From contig NC_087436.1 in NCBI RefSeq assembly GCF_036321535.1, positions 113,090,001 through 113,154,000 of the forward strand: a DNA stretch of 64,000 bases. Direction: 5' to 3'. Positions within the stretch are counted from its first letter, which is position 1. Every line of letters begins with the position of its first letter. Under the pieces are notes generated by a model. It did not search any database, was not told the DNA's origin, and saw only the letters and a list, made by a program, of their open reading frames with translations. Both the position numbers and the translations under genes were made by a program. Shown one piece after another: positions 50,855 to 62,739 of this stretch. This stretch comes from Camelus dromedarius. Its lineage: Eukaryota.

Positions 50855-51400
50855 AAACAGCCATCAGAGGGGTCTTACAGAATTTAAGGCAGAACGTGTC
50901 ACTCTCTTGCTCAAATCACTTCGAGCATCCCTCAGGATGAAGCTCAAAGCCTTGGAAGAGGCCTTAGATGCTCTCGGTCCCCACTCCCTCCTGACCTCAC
51001 ATGTCTACCTCCTGTGCTTCTTTCCGGCCACCTGGTATCCTCCTGTTCCTGCACCAAGTCAAAGTCCTCAATCCTGCCTTCTCCCCTGCCTGTTACTCCG
51101 CAGCCCAGAGCGCTCTTCTCCAGCTGCTGGTGTGGCTCATCCTCTCCGCCGTCAAGTCTCTGCTCCAATGTTGGCTCTCCACAGCCCCCGCCTTCTCCGA
51201 CCCACCTGTCTGACGCAGCACACCTGCCGTCTCTTACCCCTCTTCCTCCTTTATGGTCCCCATCACCTCTGACATACACACATCTCGGCGTGTTCTTTGT
51301 TTGTCTGTCTATCCCTCCACTGGCCAAAGGGTCTGGCGTGAGGGAGTTTGTTTTGAGTACAGCTCTGTCCCAAGTGCCCAGGATAGTGCCAGGCATTTTG
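50855..51400 (+). mobile_element. L2 3' fragment
   Basis: tgtcactctcttgctcaaa...cccaagtgcccaggatagtgccaggca. Confidence 0.75.
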
Positions 51401-51997
51401 TGGAGACTTCCTCCTGCCTCTCTAGGGCCGTACTGGTCTTGTGAATGACCAGAGGTCCTAAAAGACAAGCCAAAGAGACCAGACTTACTTGTTTACAAGA
51501 GATGAGAGCAAGGGAAAGACAGAAAGATGAGAAAGAGAGAGAAAATCAGGGTTCAAGAAATCCCAAACTCCTAACCCTAGTTCTCACCAGAGAATCCTCC
51601 TCTTGGGAGCCCTGAAACACTGGCCAAGTCTAGACCTGCCTGTGGCATCCGTGTTCCTCCCATCCTGCTCTGGGCCAGCGGTGGCTGGGTGGGGAAGAAA
51701 GCAGGCACCGCCTGCTCTGGTCTGCCTGCCAGCTGCCCTCAAGTCTCAGCACGAAACCTCCCCAAAATGACCCTTACGCTTTTAAATGTTCAAACGAAGA
51801 CAGTCTAAATCTGAAACATTTGGGAGCTAAGAACCTGGTTTGGCCCAGGAAAGCTGATACTCATTAACATCTTCAAAGGCCAAACATGCAAACGGTCCAT
51901 GTTTTAGATTATCCCCGTCTCATTTGTCAGGCCGGCAACAATTTTTACAACATGGAAATCAAAATCTCCCAGAGTTGCGTTTCCCTCCTGCACTCAC

Positions 51998-52026
51998 CTC
52001 TTTGCCAGAGAGGTCCCAGAACATTC
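51998..52026 (-). other. Candidate 29-nt internal exon
   Basis: Minus strand: ctcactctctctgacctacAG|gaatgttctgggacctctctggcaaagag|GTgagtg; consensus acceptor, branch-like ctcac/ctgac, consensus donor; unique sequence. Confidence 0.35.
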
Positions 52027-52299
52027 CTGTAGGTCAGAGAGAGTGAGTATGTGTGGTTAGAGGGCCGTTTTGACAGCCTGCTCTTGGGCCAAGTTATCTT
52101 CCAAACCGTGATGCGTTTAGGGAGGTTATTATAGTTCGAGGTTTAAAATAAAAGTTTCAGGAAGGCTCATGTGTTTCACTTAAAATGCAAAATATATAAG
52201 TGATGTCATGGTGGCTATTTTTATACGAGGCCTTTGGAGGTAACCATTTGCTATAAATTTCAGTCTGTCAAGAGGAAAGAAGGGAGTATAATTTTTTGT

Positions 52300-52301
52300 T
52301 T

Positions 52302-52390
<89 letters not shown>

Positions 52391-52472
52391 TTCCTTCCTT
52401 CCTTCCTTCCTTCCTTCCTTCCTTCCTTCCTTTTCTTCCTTCCTTCCTTCCCCTCTTTCTTTCTTTCTTTCT
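52300..52472. repeat. Compound (TTTC)n-(CCTT)n-(TTTC)n microsatellite
   Basis: Direct reading. Confidence 0.97.
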
Positions 52473-52639
52473 TGCTTACTCTATGACAAGAACTTGTCTG
52501 GGTGCTTGAAGCAAACACTCAGCCAGCTCACTGTGCTTATCTTAAGCAATCATCCGAGTTCCAATCTCCTAGAGAAAAACAGAGCATTGTCATGAGTCCC
52601 ACAGTTTCCCCACCATCCCTGATGTGTTCACATTCTCAT

Positions 52640-52920
52640 GCATGCTTGCTTGCTGTCTCGGTGGACACAGGTGTGAGTCAGGACCCACGCTTGTTCAAGA
52701 CCAAGCCTTCGCCCTGGGCGGTGGTTTTGCCCCACCTCTTGCCCTTCCCAGATGACCTTCTTTCATTCTCTGGTATTTTCAACTTCGACCACCGACTGGT
52801 TGCCCTCAGCCTGGACAAATGTTCAAGTCTCTTCCATCTTGAAATAACTTTGACCTGACTCCCTTGACCCACCTCTAACCGCCACACATCTCTGTTCTTC
52901 CACAGCAAATAAAACTTGTA
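52640..52920 (+). mobile_element. L2 fragment
   Basis: caagtctcttccatcttgaaa...ctctgttcttccacagcaaataaaacttg. Confidence 0.45.
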
Positions 52921-53869
52921 GGTTATTAGCATCTTGTTGGATCAAAAAGGGGTGAAGAAAGCATATTATCTTCAGAAGCTGCTCCCTGAAATCATTCCTG
53001 TGTGCCCCGCCATCCTGTGCTTGGAAGGAAGTGGGAGTGACTATTTCCTAACTACACCAATTGAAGGGTTCCAAACTTGTGACACATTTCTCAGATTTCA
53101 TTCATTTCTAGAGTGTTCTAGCTAAGACCAACTAGAAATGAGAGACTGACCATGAAGGGTGAGAGGCTTACGGGAGGGGGCTACATAAGGACAGTGGAGG
53201 GTATAAATCATTTCTGTTCTAGTTTTGAGGCTTTAGGGAGAGAGTTGTTAAAGGAATGTTCCCAGGAGAACTTTTCAGGCAGACATTTCCAGTAAAGACT
53301 TGAGTCTTTGGGTACAAGCACAACTCCTCTGGGGCCAGGTGACTCAACATGGGGAGGGGGCTCTCTCTCCATCTCTGCCCAGAACTTAGTAGCACTCTGG
53401 CTGCATGGAGATGATCAGTTTCAGAGAAGACGGAAGACTGCATTCTTCATATGAAAGTTCTCATTCTCAAAATGGACACCAGTAAGGTGCGTGATTTGCA
53501 TAGTGGACTGTGATTTGGACCATGATTTGCATAATGACTGTGCTATGGAAATTCATGAGCACAGCGTGGAAACACTTGAGGAAAGTTGCTCAGTGAGAGG
53601 AGAGGGCCTGACATTGGGTGGTTGACGCTTGATGTGGGCTAAGCTCAGATTAAGGGTATGGAAGAGAGGGGGAGGCAGGAGCGATGGCCTCTGGTTAAGA
53701 AAATTTGGCTGTAAAAATAAGATGAGGATTCAGACGGAAGCCTGAGGAGGCCATGGGGTCCATCACATGCTACAATATGGTACAAACTCTACCACAGTAG
53801 ATGGGAAATCACAAAAGAGGCTTGAGTAGCTCAGGCATTATATGGACTGGCAGGTCTAGCACATTTTCT

Positions 53870-54010
53870 CAACCAGGTGAGATGGGATGGGCAGGTATGT
53901 TCATTCCTTTTTCCAGGTAAGGATCCAAAGAATAAGGTTAAATAGCTTACTAAAGGTCACAGAATTAGTACGTGAACAGGAACCCATGGCCCTGAACTGC
54001 ATTCTACCAT
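53870..54010 (-). mobile_element. MIR
   Basis: ggttaaatagcttactaaaggtcacagaattagt. Confidence 0.5.
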
Positions 54011-54719
54011 TTCTTCCCATTTTACCAGAGGATAGAAATGAGATTTTGGCTGATGGTTAGATTTCAACTCTGCAAATCTGTGAATTCTTTTTGGTTCATT
54101 TCACTTCTTCTTTCTAATTTTGCCATCCTGACTCTAAAGTGATAAGCTTGAAACATCCATCTTTGACTGGAAAGTTTGGAGCGACATGGGGAGATAATTA
54201 AAATGGAAAGAAACTCAGTTTAAAACCTGGCTTCCTGAGTTAAGATGAAGATCGTGTATTGAAACAGCTGAACATCTCTGTGAAGGCTTTAGTTCACATC
54301 TCAATAACACAGAACAAATTGCACAAATTCTAGGAATTATATCCCTTGGTAACAAACACTGAAGTCACTTTTTAAAATGTCACCAAATGGCTCTGTTGAT
54401 TCTGTTTTGTAACATGTCACAAGCAGATGGCACTTTGAAACACTGATGCAGTTTGAAAAACAAAATCGCTTAGACATTTTTGTCTGGTTTGCTAAGATAA
54501 TGTGATGAAGCCCAAAATGAAAGAATCTTGGCTGTTGCTGATGGAGAAAGGCTACACACCGTTCAGCAGCTTTGTTCTAATTTCTTGCAATCAAAGAGCT
54601 GATTCCTCAGCTGTCAGCTCTTGGCTGTGTTGCGTTTTATGAAGGTTTTTGCACTTGCTGAAAAAAAGGCACAAAACAAAAGAGAAGGGAGCTACTATTT
54701 CTTAAATCTCTACCTGTCA

Positions 54720-54890
54720 TACTCATTTTATAGTATTTAATTTAATTCTAAAGCAATTCGATGGGTAGCTATTATTACTCTTATTTTGAATAAAAAGAAA
54801 TTGAGGTCCAGAGACACTGCACACCTAACTGGGTAGAGAGCTGGAATTCAGACACTGAGCTGACATCCAGCTCTACGTCTTTCCATCACC
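54720..54890 (-). mobile_element. MIR
   Basis: ggtagctattattactcttattttg...gaaattgaggtccagaga. Confidence 0.55.
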
Positions 54891-55048
54891 TACTTCTTAT
54901 GACTTGTTTTAGAAATATTTTCATGCTCACAAGTAAGTATGCAAATAGATGCAGCTGAGAAATGTTTATGTAATGTCATCCTACTTATGTACCAAATTCC
55001 AAATTTATTGCTTTCAGAAATAGGAATTTATAGCATTTTGACAAGTAC

Positions 55049-55512
55049 TGTAGGTTGGCTCGCTTATAACTCATCCCAATCCACATTTCCCTTGCCTTTT
55101 TCTATACTGAAGCCTAGAAACAGAAACGCAAACTTCCAGACTCCCTTGCAGCTAGGGGTTGCCATTGGACACAGTTTGGCCAATAAGATACACAAAGAGT
55201 CCTAGAAGAGGGCCTCCCTTCCCAAATAAAAAGGCAAAGTTTGACAAGAAGACTTTTCCTTCCTGTCTGGAATATGCTATCAATACCTGGAGATGTGGCA
55301 GCTGTCTTGTCATCATAAGGACAAAAGCCACACTCTGATGCTGGTGAAGTAGGAATACAGGAGGCTGGTTTCCTGGTGACTTCTGAACAGCTACACCATC
55401 TTTTGCTCACCTACCTCTGGGATCCCTGTTACATGAGAAAAATAAACCCCTTATATGTGAAAAGAATGAGGCTTTCAGATACTCATTGATGAATGCAATT
55501 CTAATTGATACA
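55049..55512 (+). mobile_element. MaLR solo LTR (MLT1H/I/J-like)
   Basis: ttccagactcccttgcagctagg...ggcagctgtcttg...gttacatgagaaaaataaacccc...ctaattgataca. Confidence 0.75.
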
Positions 55513-56029
55513 CTTAATAGCCAGAATTATAAAAGCCATTCCTACTTTCTAATAGTGTTCCATTTCTTATGGGATTTTGGTCCTGATTTATAGTTCTGAA
55601 ACATTGGACATACAGGCTCAAATTAGATAATAGATTGATTGGAATGGTGTTCCTAAACTGGAACAGAGTTGAGTCCTCTCCCTAGTTGTGGGACAATGGC
55701 CAGCAAAGTCTGTGAGTTGAGTGACTGTGGTTCTTCCAAAAAGTCTGGACATCTCTTCTGCCAAAGCAATCAGAACAGAGGAGGAATGAGAGAGCAAAAT
55801 GGCTGAACTTTACTTGTCACCGCCATCTTGCCTTGCATGGCTGTAGACTTGGTCTTTGGTTGGAAAAAGGAGAAGGAAACTTGGGGAGACAATTCCTCAG
55901 CCTCTCCCCTCAGGAGGCTGTTTCAACAGTCAAAAACACATAGTAAATTCTCTTTTTACTTAACTAGAATGTGTATGGCATGTGGAAAAACAAAAAAAAA
56001 AAAGTCCTTTCTCTTTCTAAGGCAGAGTA

Positions 56030-56260
56030 GTAGAATGGAATGTTGGTTGGTCGTGGAGTAAGGCAGTCCTGATTCACATTGTGGTCCTGCCACTTCTTCG
56101 CTGGTGAACTTCCTTGTTCACCTTGTTCACCTACCCTGAGCCTCAGTTTCTCATCTGTAAAATAAGTGGAGTAGTAGCCACACGGCACTAGGATCGTGGC
56201 AAGGAGCTGATGCACATACAATGCTGGAGTATTATTTGCCTTAAAAGTAAGTGCACAATA
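56030..56260 (+). mobile_element. MIR
   Basis: ccctgagcctcagtttctcatctgtaaaataag. Confidence 0.75.
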
Positions 56261-57419
56261 GTAGTTCCCCCACCCCTCAAACCTTACTCTCCCTACTGGA
56301 CAGCAGCTCACTGCTTAAAATCGCTTCAGGGTGTCTAGGAGCATCACTGAATTGCCCACAGCTCTCTCTATTACCAGTTAATTAACTCCAACGTCCTAAA
56401 TCTCATCCTCTTTGCTCTTATTTTTTCAATCCTTGGAGTCTAGCATTGGACCTTGTTTTCAAAACAATTTTAAAAATGTGTTTTCAATTTGGAGAGATCA
56501 TGTTTTTATAAATTAAGCACACAATATCAGTATCTGAAAATCGAAAACCTTAACCTGTACATTTTTTGTTGCTGGGGACACAGAATTCTCATTCTCAATT
56601 GTAGATTCATAATTGGGGTTTATAGCATGGGAGTAATGGCAAAATGTAGTGATTAGACAATTATCTGGGTTGTTACAGCCAAAAATACTCTGGCCACAAA
56701 TATTTGGTCCATTGGGAGACAAAGGCTTCTCTGGTACGAGTTATCTGCACTGTGACTCTTACTTTGGATGGATGCTGTCTCGGCCCCAAGTGAGGTCTGC
56801 TGCACCATTTTAAGAAAGGAAACGTTTCAGACCATGGATTGTGTTTTAAAGCCATGCACATGACTCCTGGCTAACAGAGGGTTGGATCAGCCAACTTCTG
56901 GCAGCTTCGTGTCTTGGCTCCAGTGACATATGTACAATTTCAGACTCAAAGCCACACATGAAGTCATTGCAAAGCTACACAGTTCGTCCCTAAACATCTG
57001 CCATACAGTGGTTCTTGTCTTTTCCAGCAATGTAATCCCTAGGAATCGTGATGATTTGAGCTTTTAAAAAAGAATCATTAATTAATCGTCATTCACTTAG
57101 GAACTACTAATTTATCTTTGTTGAGGAAAAACCAGTTGCAAAAACCTAGAAAGTAGAATGAAAGAATGAAATAACTATAGTATAGTTTGGTTCAGACATT
57201 TTTTTCCCCTTCTTTTTGTACAATTACTCATGGCATAGGATCCTAAGACAGGGAAAGAAAGCGACAAAACAGGCCAACAGAAGTCCTGTAAATATACTCC
57301 AGCTCTGCAGGGTGCAGGTGATGAAACCGGGGTCTAATGAGTTTCAGCGACTTGTCTAGTGTCACGTGGTTAGAGGCTTAACCACGGCTTTTGTGTTTTT
57401 CTTACGATTCAAGACTGCA

Positions 57420-57685
57420 GACTACCACTTCCTCGATGAGGCAATCCCTGATCACCTTAGCGAAAGAGGCACCCCCATCCCCGCACCTGCTAGTCCCTCT
57501 GTCTAGTGATCATATTTTATTTTCTTCAGAGCACGCATCAGTCTCCCAAGTGACATTCTGATTTATGATTCTCTTGTTTTCTCCTCTAAAAGTGTGAAGG
57601 CAGAGGCTTTGGCTCTTCACTGCTATATCGAAAATAATCCTTGGCACATAGTAGGTGCTCAATAAATATTTGTGGATTGAATGGA
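57420..57685 (+). mobile_element. L2 3' end
   Basis: ttggcacatagtaggtgctcaataaatatttgtggattgaatg (canonical L2 terminus). Confidence 0.85.
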
Positions 57686-57950
57686 CTAGAGCTGGGAGAA
57701 AAGGAAGTCCTGTTGGTTGGGCGCCATGCTGAGTTGTTTATGTCTGCTACACACACTTGAGAGGTAAGTGGCATACTTGGGGTTTTGCAGTTAGAAAGTG
57801 GTAAAGGCAGAATTCAAAGGCAGGGTTATTTCACTTCAAATCCTGACATTTACCACCACAAAAAAATTATTTCCAATGTTCAATGGTTCCTGCCCTGCCA
57901 CGCCTTCTGTGACCTCTTTTTGAGGCATCTAGTGTTGCTAGTGTGTGTTT

Positions 57951-58004
57951 TGACATCTCCCTGCTGGCTGACATCTCCCTGTTGGCTGACATCTCCCTGT
58001 TGGC
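57951..58004. repeat. 18-bp minisatellite x3
   Basis: tgacatctccctg(c/t)tggc x3. Confidence 0.95.
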
Positions 58005-58643
58005 ACCTCTCTGTGTTGCCCTGGTCTCCAGAGAAATCAATCTGATCACAGTCAGCACAGGAAATACTCCATGTTGCTGGTTTCTCTGCGTGAAGTTTAT
58101 TGAGTAACTTTCTTATATTATAGAATACAGATATTCTAATATGGTGATGAATTCCACTGAGTTGTACTGACTTATAATAAAAACCCTTCAAAGGGAAAGG
58201 AATCTACACATCTGCTGATCATTGAAGCCTGATGCAATCAAAGGGGTTGATGAGAAAACTTTCGCAGGGCTCAGAAGGTGACACGTGCCAAAAGATGAGG
58301 AAAGCACTGGGATATAAACAAGACAGTAAATAACTCTGAAAGAATGGTTCTGACCTCAGAGTAATCCAAAGCTTTGAATGGGGCAAAGTGCTCAGTCTCT
58401 CGTCCTTAACAGAACTTTTCACCTTCTTCAGGTGAAGGTCAGATGGGAAGGCCATACAGTCTGATTTTTCCCAGCTTACAAAAAGCCCCGAGGAGAGCGA
58501 CTGTCAAACTCTGATGTGCATCTGAGTCTTCTAGAGAATGATTAACACAGGGGCCCAGGGACCTGCTGGATTTGGGGCGCTGGGCCAGGCACAGAGTGAG
58601 GGCCTCCTTGGTGATAAACATGCCCTTCTCTAGCTCACTCTTC

Positions 58644-58657
58644 CCTGCAGGGGGCAG
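58644..58657 (+). promoter_or_regulatory. CTCF-like motif
   Basis: CCTGCAGGGGGCAG. Confidence 0.4.
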
Positions 58658-58689
58658 TGTGGGCCCAGCCCGTTGCAGAGCATGAGGTC

Positions 58690-59200
58690 ATGACAAGAGC
58701 CCAGGACTTCAAACCCCTGGGCTTAGCCCCCAGCGCTGCTAATTTCTAAGTATAGGACTTTGGGTGAGTTACTTTGGGTGAGTGTTTGAGCCTCCATTTC
58801 TTTGTCTTAAATCCTCATGGTCAGTGGTTGACAATACTTACGCAGAAGGCCATTGTGAGAGCAGAATAGAGGATGCACACATGAGGGAAGGAGGTGATGG
58901 TTAGAAAATGGACTTCCTCCATGATGATAAAGCCTGATCATTTACTCCCAAACCCAGCCCTCCAGCCACCATCCCCGTGTGGCCACGGGCAAGTTACTTT
59001 GTTATCGCTAGCTTCAATTTCTCATATATAAGAGACAAAAACAATACTTTACTTACATTAACTCTCAAGCTTCACATGAAGCCCACCTGTATCACCTTTA
59101 TTTCACAGAAAGAAAACCGAAGCACAGAGGAGTTAAGTAACCAACCCTGGGTTGCACGGACAGGTCCCTGGGTTCTCTGCTTGCAAGGTCACTACTTTTT
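58690..59200. mobile_element. MIR fragments
   Basis: actttgggtgagttac...gagcctccatttc; tttcacagaaagaaaaccgaagcacagaggagttaagtaac. Confidence 0.6.
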
Positions 59201-60077
59201 ACCAGGGAGCACCTGCTCCTAAGACCACATGACACAGGAAGTAGAAGTCGAGGGCCAAACACATGGCAAATGCTCAGCAAATGTTTCCCAGTATTTGAAT
59301 AATTTCCTGTCACATTCCAAACACGCACCCCCTCCGTCTGATGATTCACTGCCCCACGCATGCTCCCTGCAGCCATAGAGTTCTTGATGAGGGACCCTGG
59401 AAAAGGACACTGGAGTTCCCAGGGAAGCTTCAGGGACTCACGGAACAAAGGCCGATTCATACAGAATCAAGTAGAAATCAAACTAGAAACAAAACTATTT
59501 CTTTTACGTGAGCTGTATTCCAGCAATTGCTTCCCTGCCCTTAACCACCGTCTGATTTAAGATATTCGTAAAAGACACACACTCTAGTACAATGCATTAT
59601 TTATGAAACTATGCAATCCATTCATATAATTACTATTAATACACACCCATAGTTTTACCAACTCTGTCTAGATATTTACATTCACAGATCGCAAAGAATG
59701 CGTTCTCTGCTCCCTGGCCTCCCCGAGCCATGTGGAATGTCGGACACATTTGTTTAATAAAACAAACAGTAAATAAATCAGCACCCTTAACCAAGCATGA
59801 ATTAAGCACAAGATTTATTCTGCGACAAGGAAATCGCCACAGAATATTAGCTTTAATGTATTTTTTTCCTCTATTAAAATCCTACAAAGTGAAGGCACAC
59901 CTTAAACTTGAATTATGTAACCGCAGACCGGATGGCAATTCTGTTTCTCGTGGGGAGGCTACGAAGTCCCCTCTGTTTGCTCCCGCGAGGGTACACCAAG
60001 GTCTCTAGTCATTAGGGAGCGCAACTGCCAAGTCGAGGGCTGTTTTCAAAACTACCCCAGCAAAGCCGATTCTGACA

Positions 60078-60157
60078 ACTTTCACTTTCTCTCTTCTGTT
60101 GAGGGGAAGCTTCCCCCAGAGGAGATGTTTCATTGACTAAGCCCCGGTCAGTAAACA
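60078..60157. promoter_or_regulatory. IRF/ISRE, kB-like palindrome, AP-1-like and forkhead motif cluster
   Basis: ACTTTCACTTTC (GAAAGTGAAAGT on -) 60078-60089; GGGGAAGCTTCCCC 60103-60116; TGACTAA; GTAAACA. Confidence 0.45.
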
Positions 60158-60279
60158 TCCTCAAACCTCGCAGAGGAACAGAGAAAGAGTAACACCAGCG
60201 TGAGCCAAAAGACTCGTCTCTGGGAGAAACAAAGCCTGGAGAGGCTCGTTTCAGTCGGGAGGGAGGGCTTTTTACTTAC

Positions 60280-60438
60280 ATCGCTCGCAAGACCTTCCAA
60301 CAGCTGGCGTCTTTGAACTCTACTGCACACAGATGTGGAGATTTCACTTGAAATCCCCTTCCCTTGGCAGTGAGGAGCACTCAGAGCTCTTTGGGGCTTC
60401 AGATTGATAAGTAATTTCCTGATTCGTTTCAAAAGCAT
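60280..60438 (-). CDS. Candidate first coding exon (53 codons) of an unidentified minus-strand gene or isoform
   Basis: aggATG start; MLLKRIRKLLINLKPQRALSAPHCQGKGISSEISTSVCSRVQRRQLLEGLASD; ends in phase 0 at GAT|GTAAGT; CpG-enriched unique context with upstream CACGTG. Confidence 0.35.
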
Positions 60439-61224
60439 CCTCCCAGGCTTCGAGCGGTGGCAGGGGGGAGAGGGAGCCGCCAGGCCACGTGGTGCATAGA
60501 TGCCGGGGCCTACACACACCTCCCAACTGTTCCATCAAGCCTGGAAGAAGGGTTGGTCACCCTCACAACCAAAAATAAATCTCCTCCTCTATCTGTGGGC
60601 TCTCTCCCTGAACCAGACTTCGGAAACAGTGCAGAGTCTAGACGATATTTGCTTGAAAAGTGTAAAATTCAGGTTGAGCGGTGTCTGGTTTTTCTTGCTG
60701 GGGGAAATAGCATGAGCTGTTTTGCACACTAAAGCATCTGCAGTCAACAGACTGCTAACTCGAGAACCTGCAGAGGAGGGGAGGAGAGGGAAAGATGGAC
60801 CAAGGGAAATAAGTGCTAGAAAAAGCTACAAGACTCATTTTCAGTCGTGTGGTTGGCAAATATATGCCTGAGAGCACGGTCTAATGGGGACCTTTATTAA
60901 GTCCTCTGTGTACCACCAACTCTATTCTTCTTGTTATTTTGCATGGGGGTGTGAGATCTGGCTGATCAAGGATGAGGTTCTTGGAGTAAGGAGAGGTCAT
61001 TGCAGAGGAACAGATCTTGGGTCACATGTTCTGGCCTGATGGTCAACCCCTGGACTCCTGTAAGGGTAGCACAGCCTGGCCCTCTGCATGATGGGGATGC
61101 CTGTTCATATCCTATCAGACTCAGTCTCTTTCAGGAAAGAGAGGGAGCAAGACCTTGGTGGAACAGGGTGTGAAGAGGTGTAGGGCCTGCCAGGAGGAAT
61201 TTGTACCAGGGAAAGACATTCTCA

Positions 61225-61765
61225 ACTAAATGTCCACTGACAGATGACTGGATAAAGAAGTTGTGTTATATTTATACAATGGAATACTACTCAGCCATAA
61301 AAAAGAATAAAATAATGCCATTTGCAGCAACATGGATGGGCCTGGAGATAATCATTCTAAGTGAAGTAGTCCAGAAAGAGAAAGAAAAATACCATATGAT
61401 ATCATTCATATGTGGAATCTAAAGAAAAAAAAAGGACAACAAAAAAAAGACACTAATGAACTTATCTATAAAACAGAAAGAGATTCACAGACATGGTAAA
61501 CAAACCCATGGTTACTGGGGGGAAAGAGGGCAAGAAGGGATAAACTGGGAGTTTGAGAATTGCAAATATTAACTACTATATAAAAATAGATTAAAAAACC
61601 AAATTTCTTCTGTATAGCACAGGGAGCTATGTTCAATATCTTACAATAACCTATAATAAAAAAGAATATGAAAATGAATATATGTATGTGTATGTATAAC
61701 TGGGACATTATGCTCAGAAATTGACACACTGTAACTGACTATACCTTAATAAATAAATCAATAAA
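61225..61765 (+). mobile_element. Young lineage L1 3' end
   Basis: ORF 61201-61422 KCPLTDDWIKK...YHMISFICGI = ORF2 C-terminus; 3'UTR; aataaataaa tail. Confidence 0.9.
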
Positions 61766-61814
61766 TCATGAAGTTAAACAAATGACTAGTGACATCAAAA
61801 GTAAATGGTCAGTG

Positions 61815-62323
61815 GATAAAGTTGTGGTATATTTATACAATGGAATACTATCCAGCCATAAAAATTAATAAAATAATGCCATTTGCAGCAACATGGATAA
61901 GACGAGATTGTCTTTCTAAGCGAAGTAAGCCAAAAGAAGAAAGAAAAATACCATAGGATATCACTTATATGTAGAGTCTAAAAAAAAACAAAAACAAAAA
62001 CCAAAAAACAAATGAACTTATTTACAAAACAGAAACAGATTTACAGACAGAGAAAACAAACTTATGGTTACCAATGGGGGAAGGGAGTAGGAAGGGATAA
62101 ATTGGAAGTTCGATACACATTACTATATATAAAATGGATAAACAATAAGGTCCTACTGTACAGCACAGGGAACTATGTTCAATACCTTGTAATAGCCTAT
62201 AATGAAAAAATATGAAGATGAATATATGTATGCATGTGTATGACTGAATTATTATACTGTACACCAGAAATTGACATGACATTGTAAACTGACTATACTT
62301 CAATTAAAAAAAAAGAAAAAGAA
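61815..62323 (+). mobile_element. Second L1 3' end (different subfamily 3'UTR)
   Basis: tggataaagttgtggtatatttatacaatgg...gactatacttcaattaaaaaaaa. Confidence 0.9.
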
Positions 62324-62739
62324 ACCACATGTGTGAAGATCTGAAGACACTGTTTCTGCTTTGGAGAACTACAAGGAGCAGTCTTTTGTTGGTGAGTTGC
62401 AAGGAAATGTGATGATATAAATAAAAGTGCTAAGTGAGTATTCTATGTTTTCATTATTATCTGTTTCTCAGCATTGTTTGGTGGGCCAGTGAGACAGTTC
62501 ATGTGGAATTGTTTATCAATTTGAAAAATCCTATTAAAATTTAGTTGTTATAAATTCTTTTGGATGAAAATAGTTTTGAAGAGATACCAAGGAATTATGC
62601 TTGGAAATTGAGTTATTTATGAATTTCTTTTATTTATAAATTGCCAGTTTTGTCTAATTTCCTTTTTCTAATCTCCTTTTCAAGGGCTAAATTATAAATT
62701 CACAATATCTGTTCAATATCAGTGAGCTGGGAGATGTTT

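Noticed and set aside
50907..51468. Overlapping 121-174-aa ORFs
   Set aside because: Lie in a GC-richer L2 remnant and are open on both strands, consistent with chance
52180..52595. K/E/R-rich and F/L/S-rich ORFs
   Set aside because: Translations of the (TTTC)n/(CCTT)n microsatellite
57951..58004. CRISPR-like direct repeats
   Set aside because: Contiguous repeats with no spacers, mammalian context, no cas genes
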